From NCBI GenBank assembly GCA_042570545.1, contig JBHPGJ010000006.1, positions 1,327 through 65,326 of the forward strand: DNA of 64,000 bases, written 5' to 3'. Below the pieces are notes generated by a model. That model had not been told where the DNA came from and did no database searches. It was given only the letters and a program-made list of their open reading frames with translations. Source of the stretch: Patescibacteria group bacterium (lineage in GTDB: Bacteria > Patescibacteriota > Patescibacteriia > JBHPGJ01). The position numbers and the translations under genes are program-made. Below are positions 1-9,691 of the stretch, piece after piece (the first letter of the stretch is position 1; the number at the start of each line of letters is the position of its first letter).

Positions 1-552
1 CCAATTGTACTTAATCCGGCGCATTAGCGTACTTAGCTCTTGTACACGCTGCCGCCGCCGATCTTCTTGCTGAGACTGGTCAGCTGACAGTAATCCGGCA
101 AACAAGTTATTCTGGGGATCATCTTGAATACTGTTTGCCTGATCCAGCTTCCTGGCTACCAGCGCACCTGTCATCAGCTCATGAATTGCTTGATGACCAA
201 TCAGGCCGTGATACAGATGAGCAGATTTCCTCGAAGTCGTCTGCCCGGTAACCAATTTCTCCAGCTCTCGTGAACGATGACTGCGAACAACCCGTCGCTC
301 TAGATCAGCTACCGATATAGCTGTGTTGTTCTGCTGGTGTTCTCGGCTCAGCTCGCATAGATAGGCCAGGGCCTCTGCTATCGTATCGGCTTTTCCCGCC
401 GAAATTGTGGCCTGAACTACTAAGTCAAGTCCGCCAAAGAAGTACCTTTCCCATACCCATCGCTTAAACTCCGGCGACGGGTCAGGAATAGTTCTTATGT
501 CCTCGGCCGTTACCGTAATGGCAACGGTTTGAGTACTAAAAGAATCTTCCAT
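1..552 (-). CDS. hypothetical protein, 5'-partial in window (gene continues past window start); ATG at 552..550 preceded by GGAGG
   Basis: Manual translation of minus strand gives uninterrupted frame MEDSFSTQTVAITVTAEDIRTIPDP... from 552 to window edge; SD GGAGG 6 nt upstream; composition noticeably more G+C rich than neighbours; not in ORF track because no stop inside window. Confidence 0.45.
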   Translation of the reverse strand, partial: MEDSFSTQTVAITVTAEDIRTIPDPSPEFKRWVWERYFFGGLDLVVQATISAGKADTIAEALAYLCELSREHQQNNTAISVADLERRVVRSHRSRELEKLVTGQTTSRKSAHLYHGLIGHQAIHELMTGALVARKLDQANSIQDDPQNNLFAGLLSADQSQQEDRRRQRVQELSTLMRRIKYNW

Positions 553-688
553 TACCGCCTCCAGGGTTTGGATTGATAGACTAATTTGTGATAGAACCAC
601 CCCTTTTATACAGTTATCAAGAGTAATCGTCAAGAATTTTGATAACAAAAATAAGGAAACTTAACGTTTCCCTATTTTTTAAATCTAT

Positions 689-1204
689 TTATTCAGTATA
701 AGTAGAGGTGCCGATCACCACGATTGTTTGTCCGCTGTCTTCACCAATGCTTATAGACACTGTACGGTTTCCTTTTTCTGCCCCAATCGAATAGCCTGAT
801 GGTAACTGCATGGATAGCGTTTCACTCCAGCCGTCATTGGCCAGTTTACTGTCATACTCTGCCTTGACTTCATCCATAGATTTATTAGTTTGAATAGACA
901 CCGTATGTGACTGACCCTCGGTTACTGATGTGGCTGAGGTTATGGTGCCATCTACTACGTGTATATCGCTGGGAAAATCATCAGGCAAGCTGACATTTTC
1001 GCCGGCCTGGAAGGTCCCGGCATTGGTATTAAATGTTACGCTGTTGTCATCCAAATCCACCTCAGCCGCACCGTTGGTGGCTCGCTCAATGGAAGATTCG
1101 ATGTTTTCTTCGGCCGCCTCGCGACCTAGTACGCCCCATAGTATTCCGCCAATGGCTAGAACAGCCACGACAACAACTATGGCAATGGTGGTATTTTTGT
1201 TCAT
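689..1204 (-). CDS. hypothetical membrane-anchored/secreted protein (N-terminal hydrophobic anchor)
   Basis: 171-aa ORF; N-terminal TM/signal-anchor IAIVVVVAVLAIGGILWGVL; no recognisable catalytic motif. Confidence 0.5.
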   Translation of the reverse strand: MNKNTTIAIVVVVAVLAIGGILWGVLGREAAEENIESSIERATNGAAEVDLDDNSVTFNTNAGTFQAGENVSLPDDFPSDIHVVDGTITSATSVTEGQSHTVSIQTNKSMDEVKAEYDSKLANDGWSETLSMQLPSGYSIGAEKGNRTVSISIGEDSGQTIVVIGTSTYTE

Positions 1205-1274
1205 ATTATTGTTGCTTAATTATCAGTTCTATATTAATTAAATATCTACTTGGTAAAAAAGGCAAGCGCAATGT

Positions 1275-1811
1275 CTAATCACTAGTAATCGGTGTTCCGT
1301 CACCTAATAAGATTTCCTCTTCTTCATTCAGGCCCTCGCCCAAGGCACGACTGCCATAGCACTTACTGGTGTTAAATAAATCATCCTGTCGAGCGCGTAA
1401 AAATAGTAAATAAGGTGGTTGTCCACTGGCAAAGTGGAGATCGTCCTTAACCTCTAGCATCAATTGTTCCTCACTGCCTTCGGCTGGACTGGCCGCAATG
1501 ATAATTCCATTGTCGGGAATAGCACCCTTATACAACAATGTTGGTGTAATTAATACGTCTGCTCCAGTCTGGCCGGGAATGACGGCAAATACACTTCCGA
1601 TAACAATGATATCAGCATCTAAAATATTTTCATCAACAGTACGATCTGGACAGACTAATTTGCTTTTAAATAAATTCTTTATTGGCGCGTCCAGCAGCAG
1701 CCAAAAAATCCCCAGGATTATAACTATTATAACTGCCCACATAATTACTTTCCGGCGTCGGCCAAACGCTTGTCCACTGAAACTTTTACTGAAGCGGTAT
1801 TGGTCTTCCAT
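1275..1811 (-). CDS. hypothetical membrane-anchored protein
   Basis: 178-aa ORF with N-terminal TM segment VIMWAVIIVIILGIFWLLL. Confidence 0.5.
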   Translation of the reverse strand: MEDQYRFSKSFSGQAFGRRRKVIMWAVIIVIILGIFWLLLDAPIKNLFKSKLVCPDRTVDENILDADIIVIGSVFAVIPGQTGADVLITPTLLYKGAIPDNGIIIAASPAEGSEEQLMLEVKDDLHFASGQPPYLLFLRARQDDLFNTSKCYGSRALGEGLNEEEEILLGDGTPITSD

Positions 1812-1861
1812 GATTTAAAGATAGTTTTAATAAATATTTTTAGTCGATCAAGTATATTCTA

Positions 1862-3013
1862 TCACAATGATGAATAATTAAAATCAATTGTTCCGTCATT
1901 TACCTGCTGATAAACATTTAGCGAACTACTGACAGCCAGTCTGGCCAAGAGCTCATGAGCGGCTTGTTCGTTCATGACAATGGGCTGACTATTATTTATC
2001 TCGATCGGGATAATTTGGATGACATTATAATTCTCAGACAGGCTGATCTTTAAAGCGATCGTCTCTTGTGTCTGACTGGAAAAATACTGGTCAAAAATAA
2101 AATTACCCAGCGAATAAAATATTACCGTATCTTTATATTTTTCAATCTCTTGTAAAACGTGTGGATGGTGACCAATAATTATATCAGCTCCGCTATCTGC
2201 CAGCCTGTGGGCAAGTGACTGCTGTCTAGTATTCGATACGGATTGATATTCATTGCCCCAATGAATATTGATTATATCAATAGCTTCATCAGATAATTCT
2301 TTTACCAGCTTAATCGCTTGATCTTCCTTAAAGGCCGGCCAGACAGCACTGGTTAACCCAAAAAAGCGGAATTGTTGATTATTAATGTCTACAGTTTCAA
2401 CATATTCCCGGCCCACTTCCCGTGGGTGTCCAAAGGCTGTCACCTTGGCCTTGGCTAATTCTTCTTGAGTGTTAGCAAAGGCCACTGGGCCAAAATCAAA
2501 AGTGTGATTATTGGCCAAAGTAACAATGTCAATATTATTATCCTTTAGGATTGGAGCGATATCTTTATCAAAATTAAAGCGCATTGTGTAATCAGCTGTC
2601 TGTCGATGATTTTCGACTATGGGACCTTCCAAATTAGCAATTACTGAATCTACGCTTTTTAGTAAGTTGGCCACTCCAGCAAAGGGATAACTAGCGCCGT
2701 GTCTATTCATTAACGTCTCGACATGCCGACCCAACATCACGTCACCAATTGCCAGCATGGTAGTGCGATTGGAATTAAGGGGAAGATGTTCAATTACAAC
2801 ATCAGTAGTGACTGGTTCATTGTCTGGTACGGTATTTGTTATAACCGAGGTAACTACTGTCGATTGACCATTTACTATTATCGCCAGACCAAATAATAAA
2901 CTAACAACTAATAATGAGAATATAAAAACGGTTACCGTGCTTCGAATATTAATTCCGATTTTATTATGGTTGGTGTTTCTCAAATTTTTCCATCTAAGCC
3001 ACTGATCGGACAT
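1862..3013 (-). CDS. CapA/PgsA-family metallophosphatase-like protein (poly-gamma-glutamate capsule biosynthesis family), membrane anchored
   Basis: 383 aa; N-terminal TM; motifs LAIGDVMLGR ... GADIIIGHHPHVLQ ... YSLGNFIFDQ typical of PGA_cap/CapA calcineurin-like phosphoesterase family. Confidence 0.7.
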   Translation of the reverse strand: MSDQWLRWKNLRNTNHNKIGINIRSTVTVFIFSLLVVSLLFGLAIIVNGQSTVVTSVITNTVPDNEPVTTDVVIEHLPLNSNRTTMLAIGDVMLGRHVETLMNRHGASYPFAGVANLLKSVDSVIANLEGPIVENHRQTADYTMRFNFDKDIAPILKDNNIDIVTLANNHTFDFGPVAFANTQEELAKAKVTAFGHPREVGREYVETVDINNQQFRFFGLTSAVWPAFKEDQAIKLVKELSDEAIDIINIHWGNEYQSVSNTRQQSLAHRLADSGADIIIGHHPHVLQEIEKYKDTVIFYSLGNFIFDQYFSSQTQETIALKISLSENYNVIQIIPIEINNSQPIVMNEQAAHELLARLAVSSSLNVYQQVNDGTIDFNYSSL

Positions 3014-3063
3014 GCTTAGTATATCATAAGTATTTCTAGAAATTTTTTTTCGTTATATACATC

Positions 3064-4575
3064 GTGTATACTACAGCCATGTTAACCGTGAAGACTTGGC
3101 TCAATTTGGGCATAATAATTATAATCGCTTGTTTCGGGGTGTTTCTGGCCTTTAATCACGCCCATCAAACAACAATTATCACTTCGGATTCAATAACCTA
3201 TATTGATGCCGCTCGGCATATGGCCGATGGTTTGGGTTACCGGACAAGTCTTCTGTCCTTCTCTGACGGTGGTTCAAATCCTTCCTTAACTTTGTGGCCG
3301 CCATTTTATGCCATGACCATAACGCCATTGATCTCGGCCAATATTGATCCAATTTATGCCGGCCGGATAATAAGCGCTTTGGCTTATGGATTATTAATTA
3401 TAGTTATCGGCTTATGGATCAGGTCATCAAAAGGACCGCTAATGGGCGTTGTGGCAGCTACCATTTTATTAACCTTACCCGCCCTTATTGATACGGCTAC
3501 TACCGTTTTATCCGAGTCTTTGTATACCTTAGTATTTATCATATCGGTTTGGTTGGGCTGGATTGCCATTAAACATAACCGGCTTACTTGGTGGTTTATA
3601 TTCGGTCTGGTCATCGGACTGAGTGCATTGACAAAATATTTGAGTATTGTTTTAGTTGCCCTTATTCCTATCGCTGCACTGATTCTGGCTAAGCGTAATA
3701 AAAATTACCGGTCAGTGATTAAACCAACCTTGATTGGACTGGCTGGCGCTGCTTTATTTATTCTGCCCCTGTTGATGCGCAATGTTATGCTCGGTCAGCC
3801 GCTGGGCGGTGGTGAGCGATTAGTATCAACCGTACCGTTTCTATCTAACATTGGCGACACAGTAAAAACATTAGCAGCGGATTTTAGTAGCAGCCTTTTG
3901 TGGATAGCAATTTCTATTAGTACTTTGCTGGCCTTGATAATTATTATATGGCGCCGCAAATTCTTACGATCTTGGAAGAAAATTTCCTGGCCACTCATTG
4001 CTGCTGCTACCTATACGATCGGTTTGATTGTAATACGTTCGGTAGTACATGTAGACCGAATCTACACTAGATATCTAATGCCGATATATCCCTTGATCAT
4101 TTTTATTGTGATAATTCTGCTTTGGGATGCAATAAAAATAATAAATGGACGCTGGGCCAATATTGCTATGGGAATTGCGGCCATAATCTTTTTAGCTTGG
4201 GGTATTAAAACCTATGATTTTCAAGCCGGCAAATTCCAGGCCGAGCCAACATATCGAGCTAGGGTGGTACAGAAGCAGACAACTGAAAATGATTTAATAA
4301 TCGGTAATATTGCCCGTGAGTATAATCTATATCTGGGAAGAGATGTTATACAATTGTATAGTGACGAACGTTCACCTCAATTAACCACTGAGTTAACCCG
4401 AGAATTAACCCATAAATGGTCCAGCGCATATAATCGAATAATAATCGCTGTGACACCAGATCTTCATGCAGAATCTTATGGTGAATATGTCGCCAGCTTA
4501 AGCCGGGGCGAAAAAAATGATCTTGAATTACTTGAACAAACTGACAGAGTTATCGTCTACGAAGTACCTAGGTAA
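3064..4575 (+). CDS. polytopic membrane protein, putative GT-C fold glycosyltransferase (ArnT/PMT family-like)
   Basis: 503 aa, >10 predicted TM segments; first loop motif YIDAARHMADGLGY resembles the DE-x-RYAEIAREM loop motif of family 39/83 glycosyltransferases; assignment by motif only. Confidence 0.45.
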   Translation: MYTTAMLTVKTWLNLGIIIIIACFGVFLAFNHAHQTTIITSDSITYIDAARHMADGLGYRTSLLSFSDGGSNPSLTLWPPFYAMTITPLISANIDPIYAGRIISALAYGLLIIVIGLWIRSSKGPLMGVVAATILLTLPALIDTATTVLSESLYTLVFIISVWLGWIAIKHNRLTWWFIFGLVIGLSALTKYLSIVLVALIPIAALILAKRNKNYRSVIKPTLIGLAGAALFILPLLMRNVMLGQPLGGGERLVSTVPFLSNIGDTVKTLAADFSSSLLWIAISISTLLALIIIIWRRKFLRSWKKISWPLIAAATYTIGLIVIRSVVHVDRIYTRYLMPIYPLIIFIVIILLWDAIKIINGRWANIAMGIAAIIFLAWGIKTYDFQAGKFQAEPTYRARVVQKQTTENDLIIGNIAREYNLYLGRDVIQLYSDERSPQLTTELTRELTHKWSSAYNRIIIAVTPDLHAESYGEYVASLSRGEKNDLELLEQTDRVIVYEVPR

Positions 4576-4588
4576 TAAATAATTTTTC

Positions 4589-7500
4589 CTAAATATCAAT
4601 TTCTCTATAGGGTGGCCACGGTTTCCATATTTCTTTTTGCTTAATATGTACCGAATTGGAAGTTACCAGCTCGCCAAAGCCATCCACATCTTTTGGCTTT
4701 ATGGTAAAGTACCAATCATCATTACCATAGGTGTATCTAGACAAGATAATTTCTCTATCATTTAAGTTTGTTTGTAATATTCCATTTCTATACCAGCGTA
4801 TTTCAGTAGCACCTTCTGGATCACCGTTTTCATCAAAGTATGTATAATGGGCAGTCAAACTGCTAGTCCAGTTCGGATTTTCCGGAGTGATATAAAGATC
4901 CCTGGCTTCTGGCGTGGTAGGAATAAAATACAGAGCGCCCATATCCATACAAGTACCATCAGGATCTTGATCATCAGGATCACTCAGACAATCAATCCCA
5001 TCGTTATCTAGGTCAGGGTGCCCTGCGTCAATGCATAGTGAGCTTCTTTGAAGATGATAATTATTTTCATTTGGATCCAAGAACAATGGATCAACATTCA
5101 AATTGCCTGTGCCAGCAAAACCACCCTGAATGTCAGAATAAGTTATATCAACAGTTCCTCTAATGAAGTAATTGGGCGTATTGTCCCAAATTATAGTATT
5201 TTTTATGTTTAATGGTGCAAATAGTGAATACAAACCGCCACCCCGAGAAGACGCAGTGTTGCCTGTTATTGTATTATTATTAAATGCAATTACTGGATCA
5301 TTAAATAAATACACACCACCTCCATCTACAGCTTCATTATTTGCTACAATATTATTAGTAAATGATATTACATCAGGAGTTCCTGCGAAATAAACACCGC
5401 CTCCCCAATCAGTAGCAGTATTATTTATTATTATATTACGAGTAATTGTTGCCCTGGTATAATTAATATAAATTCCACCACCAGTAGGAGCTTCGTTCCC
5501 AGTAACAATATTATTTCTGATAGTAGGAAAAGAATTATAGCCGCAATAAATACCACCGCCATGATTAATGGCGCTGTTATCTTTAATTATATTATTTATT
5601 ATCGTTGGTGAGGTATCATCATCACAATATATTCCTCCACCATATAATTGTCCGCTGCCATTTTGTATAGTAAATCCATCTAGTACTGCTTCTTCTGTTT
5701 CTATATTACTGAACTTAACTACTGTATTAATCTCTCCGCCATCAATGATCGTATCCTCAGCTTCAGCTATACTCAATATTGTAATATTTTTTCCTGAATA
5801 ATCTATAGAAGTATATATACCAGGATCAACTTTAATAGTATAACCGTTTTGAGACTCGTCTATTGCTTCCTGTATTTGTATATAACCTTCATTTACAGAA
5901 TTCATACTTTGGTCATATAGCTGGACCGGATAATATACTGAATCAATCTGTCTTTCATAAGCTCCCATATCCACATAGTTAGGGTTGCCAATACCAGTAT
6001 TAGGTGACACTCCAAGATCATCATATCTGGTATTATAATCTAAATCTAAATCAGGACTGATCAAGCCATCTGCTGCATCACCATCACCAGCATCAATGGC
6101 TGGTGAAAAAGTTCGGAGCATAAAGTTATCTTCTATTGGATTCATGAACATGGGATCACTATCAATATTTCCCGAACCAGTAAAGCCATCCTGAATCACG
6201 GAATAATTTACTGATAAAATATCGCCTACTCCAGTTGTGTAAATTCCACTACCTTGCGTAGCTATATTATCCCAAATAATATTGTTGGTAATTAAAGTAT
6301 TTATATTTACTGTGGAATATAAGCCGCCCCCATCATTTATCGCATTATTTTTTGTAACGGTATTATTTATAATATTAGCAGAAGAGCTTTCAATATATAA
6401 TCCAGCTCCATTGTTTGTAGTCGTATTATTAATTATCTTATTACTATAAATAACCGGTGAGGCATTGTTAATTGCATAAATACCTCCGCCAGAATCTGCA
6501 TTATTGGTGGCAATAATATTATTTTTTATGATTGGACTAGCACCATCAATGCTAATCCCTCCGCCGTTTGTGGCATCGCCATTCTGCAGGGTAAAACCAT
6601 CAAGCACTGCTGAGCTTGTCTCTGCATTATGGAAAGCAATCACACTCGCTTCAGACTTTCCATCAATAATTGTTACCTCGGGGCCGTCTACACTCTTTAT
6701 GGTTATATTTTTACCGTTATAATCTATGTTTTCATTATAAGTACCTGCTGAAACAAGTATGGTCTCACCGTCTGAAGCAATGTTAATGGCGCCTTGTATG
6801 GTAGGAGAATCTATCGGCACTTGTATTGGCCCTAATTGAGAGTTATAAACCTGTAATGCAGGATCACCCAATAAATTTAAACCAAATAATGTCCACCTCA
6901 TGTAGTTTATAGTATTGGCATCATTAATAAATGTAATTTTTAAATCCGCTACTGTTTCGCCAATACGATAATACTGTTCAGTAAAAAAGGATTTATAAAA
7001 TTCTTTGTCTAAATAATCAAAATAAGGAACAAATCCATCTCGGCTACTGCCGACATAAACCATGCCTCCGCCATTGGGATTTGTTACCCAATGCTCACCA
7101 ATACTGTCTTCGTCTATTGCCGCTGCCCAGCAACCTCCGGAATATAAGATAGAATATCTGGGACTGGGTGTGCCATTAGTCAAACTATCAATGTCACTAA
7201 TAAAGATTGGTTCATCACCAGTAGATAAAAGATTGACATTGCCATGATCTAAATGATTGGCAATAAAATGGCCGTTTTCAAATGCGGCCATAACATTGGC
7301 CTTAGTATCTGTGCCATCTTTACCATATAATTTAGTAATCGGATCAAATAGATCAGGCAAATCATCCTCATCGATCATGTCTTTGAAATACGACTGATCA
7401 CCTATTATAGGATCATCAGCTGCAATAAAAAGGGCTTGATAAGGATCATAGTCATCAAATGTGGTTGATTCAAATGCTAATGTCTTATCAACAAAAGCCA

Positions 7501-8782
7501 TGGCCTCGGCCTGATCTTCAACTGGTGCCCGTCCGACAAAAACATCAGGGTATAAATCTACATTATCCACCCCCTCTTCACCAAAGTGGTTATTACTATT
7601 GGCATCCCAGTCACCATCTAAATCGGAATAATACATATCCGTTGGCACTCCTCCTCCCTCGAAGATAATTGGATTCAAATTCGTTAAAGCCTTTCTGTCC
7701 GGCACAATATTAGTGTCTCCGCCCAGCAAAACATAAACCAGTCCACTAGTATGAAGATGTTTTATATAGTTCCTTATTGTTTCCTGATCATCTCTGCCTA
7801 CTCTTGCTGGCGGATCCAATTGTGCCCAGGTATTTATTTCATCGACTGAAACTATTTCTGGTGATAAACCCATAGATATCCTACTGTTTATCAATGGCTG
7901 GAAAACATTATTATCTTTTAATGCTTGGTTGGTAACAATTAAGTAATCGGTAAAGTTTGTATCTATCTCAAGTTGTTCAGAGTCTTTAATGTCGGTTATG
8001 GATATTATACTATCCACTTCTTGTGGATTTGAAACCATTTTCTTTAAATAACTGCTTATTGATTTTTTGCCTGCTTTTGACCTCGTTACCTGAGATATTA
8101 CTTCATTACTGTTTTCATATACTATCTGAAACTTTATTTCTGTATGAGATAAAAGTTTTCTTGATACTGGCTGATATTGGATTGGATAGACATTTAATGA
8201 AACAATATTTACCCCGCCCAACAAACCCTCTGACGATACTTCTAAAATATTACTTGGGTAATATTTTGCCTGGTTATAAACTATTGGATTAGGCTCAGTA
8301 AATTCAGGTTTTTCATAAAATGAATGTGGTTTTTGTGTGGGATATATATTAAACGGTTTAGGTATTTCATCAGTCTTATCTTGTAGAATTTTTATTCTCT
8401 TAAACTTTTTTCCCTTGGGAATAGCATAATGTAAGACCATACGAGGTAATCGCGGGCTGCCTACTTTTAACGTATATGTAGCATTGGGCAAATCGACCGT
8501 GTCATAATTATCAAGCTTGCTGAATCTCAAGTCATTAGAGGAAAGACTTATCGAATATGTTTCAGTTATTTCTTTTTGCGCTATATTCTTCTTTGCAGTT
8601 AGCGAAGTACCAAAACTACCTATGGCATAGGCAAATAAACCAACTGAAAAAAACAACAGCAAAATAGCTATAAAGATAGTTTTAATATTCACATAAATAC
8701 CAACATCCTGCTTTACTTCTATTTCTTTCAACAGTTTGCCATTTGACACAATAATAAAATTTAAAAAAAATAAACACTCCAA
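4589..8782 (-). CDS. giant (1397 aa) surface protein: N-terminal signal anchor, clan CD (gingipain/C25-like) peptidase-like domain, two duplicated parallel beta-helix repeat blocks
   Basis: N-terminal TM IFIAILLLFFSVGLFAYAIG; His-Gly (NHLDHGNV) and Cys (LYSGGCWAAA) dyad spacing typical of clan CD peptidases; two homologous blocks of ~22-aa repeats NNIIxxNxAxxxGGGIY (beta-helix/pectate-lyase-like); start codon uncertain (no good SD at 8782). Confidence 0.65.
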   Translation of the reverse strand: MECLFFLNFIIVSNGKLLKEIEVKQDVGIYVNIKTIFIAILLLFFSVGLFAYAIGSFGTSLTAKKNIAQKEITETYSISLSSNDLRFSKLDNYDTVDLPNATYTLKVGSPRLPRMVLHYAIPKGKKFKRIKILQDKTDEIPKPFNIYPTQKPHSFYEKPEFTEPNPIVYNQAKYYPSNILEVSSEGLLGGVNIVSLNVYPIQYQPVSRKLLSHTEIKFQIVYENSNEVISQVTRSKAGKKSISSYLKKMVSNPQEVDSIISITDIKDSEQLEIDTNFTDYLIVTNQALKDNNVFQPLINSRISMGLSPEIVSVDEINTWAQLDPPARVGRDDQETIRNYIKHLHTSGLVYVLLGGDTNIVPDRKALTNLNPIIFEGGGVPTDMYYSDLDGDWDANSNNHFGEEGVDNVDLYPDVFVGRAPVEDQAEAMAFVDKTLAFESTTFDDYDPYQALFIAADDPIIGDQSYFKDMIDEDDLPDLFDPITKLYGKDGTDTKANVMAAFENGHFIANHLDHGNVNLLSTGDEPIFISDIDSLTNGTPSPRYSILYSGGCWAAAIDEDSIGEHWVTNPNGGGMVYVGSSRDGFVPYFDYLDKEFYKSFFTEQYYRIGETVADLKITFINDANTINYMRWTLFGLNLLGDPALQVYNSQLGPIQVPIDSPTIQGAINIASDGETILVSAGTYNENIDYNGKNITIKSVDGPEVTIIDGKSEASVIAFHNAETSSAVLDGFTLQNGDATNGGGISIDGASPIIKNNIIATNNADSGGGIYAINNASPVIYSNKIINNTTTNNGAGLYIESSSANIINNTVTKNNAINDGGGLYSTVNINTLITNNIIWDNIATQGSGIYTTGVGDILSVNYSVIQDGFTGSGNIDSDPMFMNPIEDNFMLRTFSPAIDAGDGDAADGLISPDLDLDYNTRYDDLGVSPNTGIGNPNYVDMGAYERQIDSVYYPVQLYDQSMNSVNEGYIQIQEAIDESQNGYTIKVDPGIYTSIDYSGKNITILSIAEAEDTIIDGGEINTVVKFSNIETEEAVLDGFTIQNGSGQLYGGGIYCDDDTSPTIINNIIKDNSAINHGGGIYCGYNSFPTIRNNIVTGNEAPTGGGIYINYTRATITRNIIINNTATDWGGGVYFAGTPDVISFTNNIVANNEAVDGGGVYLFNDPVIAFNNNTITGNTASSRGGGLYSLFAPLNIKNTIIWDNTPNYFIRGTVDITYSDIQGGFAGTGNLNVDPLFLDPNENNYHLQRSSLCIDAGHPDLDNDGIDCLSDPDDQDPDGTCMDMGALYFIPTTPEARDLYITPENPNWTSSLTAHYTYFDENGDPEGATEIRWYRNGILQTNLNDREIILSRYTYGNDDWYFTIKPKDVDGFGELVTSNSVHIKQKEIWKPWPPYREIDI

Positions 8783-8912
8783 AAAAGGAGCATCTTACTT
8801 ATCTTTTGGATAAAACAAACTCTTATCCATTTATAAAAATTTACTTATTCTTAATTTAGATTTTAGCTTATTTTAGCGATTTAGTCAATCACTATCTTAA
8901 AGAGAAGAGGGA

Positions 8913-8940
8913 TTGACAAAAAACAATATTATGCTAATCT
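8913..8940 (+). promoter_or_regulatory. possible sigma70-type promoter (TTGACA-16-TAATCT) for downstream membrane-protein gene
   Basis: Perfect -35 hexamer TTGACA at 8913-8918; weak -10; SD GGAGG 7 nt before ATG 8988. Confidence 0.25.
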
Positions 8941-8987
8941 GCTTAGCTATTTGTTCGTAAACAACCCACTCTTCCTGGAGGCGAAAC

Positions 8988-9590
8988 ATGCTCGAGACCA
9001 TACTGATACTGCAGTTTTGGGGAGGGATGTTTTATCTCCTCAACAAGATATTTTTCTCACGGGCTGAGCGTAGTCAATCAGTTATTGCTGCCCGACGTTG
9101 GCGGATAGCTTCGTGGGCAGTATACCTGCTTGGTTTACCGCCCTGGCTGATCATCTTCGTCTCGGAGAGAAACTGGATAGCGGCCGGCCTGGAAGCTGGT
9201 GGCACTCCGGCGATGCTGCTGGGCTTAATTATTGCCCTGCGCGGCAAGGGCCGGGCTCCACGCTGGCTTGACTACGTTGCTCTGCTAGCAATAACCGTTG
9301 GTATCATCTATAGCCTGAAGGATTTCGGTGGTCTGAACACTATCAACCAGTATCTTGAACTGGGCTTAACGCTGGGATTCTTAGTCGGCACCTATCAGCT
9401 GGCCAAAGAAAAACCACAGGGTTACTTGTGGTTCATACTGATGAACCTATCCTGCGGCTCGCTGATGGCCGTCCAGCACTACTACTGGTTGATGCTTCAG
9501 CAAATGGTGTCATTAGGCTTTGTCATCGATGCTTATCGGACACAAAAACATCGGGCAGATCAAACTGACCCCGATCGTATAATCACTTAA
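8988..9590 (+). CDS. small polytopic membrane protein (about 6 TM), unknown function (transporter S-component-like size)
   Basis: 200 aa, multiple hydrophobic segments; GGAGG RBS; first gene of the higher-GC block. Confidence 0.55.
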   Translation: MLETILILQFWGGMFYLLNKIFFSRAERSQSVIAARRWRIASWAVYLLGLPPWLIIFVSERNWIAAGLEAGGTPAMLLGLIIALRGKGRAPRWLDYVALLAITVGIIYSLKDFGGLNTINQYLELGLTLGFLVGTYQLAKEKPQGYLWFILMNLSCGSLMAVQHYYWLMLQQMVSLGFVIDAYRTQKHRADQTDPDRIIT

Positions 9591-9622
9591 CTGGGTATCT
9601 CATAGCGAGGTCCCAGTTTTAA
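9591..9622 (+). terminator. intrinsic terminator (ctggg...cccag + TTTT) after membrane-protein gene
   Basis: 5-bp GC stem 9591-9595/9612-9616 followed by TTTT. Confidence 0.4.
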
Positions 9623-9623
9623 T

Positions 9624-9666
9624 TATAAAAAAGATAAAGCCTCGGCGTCTTGGTAAACGTCGAGGC
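9624..9666 (-). terminator. intrinsic terminator for radical SAM gene (9-bp stem gcctcggcg/cgtcgaggc, T-run on minus strand)
   Basis: Hairpin 9639-9666, minus-strand U-tract corresponds to A-run 9626-9637. Confidence 0.4.
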
Positions 9667-9691
9667 ATTGTGGTTGAACGAAGCGGTCCTC

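Noticed and set aside
5172-6722. Three plus-strand ORFs (5172-5393, 5568-5801, 6504-6722) inside the giant surface-protein gene
   Set aside because: Antisense shadows of the duplicated beta-helix repeat blocks. Their mutual similarity reflects the internal duplication, not separate genes.
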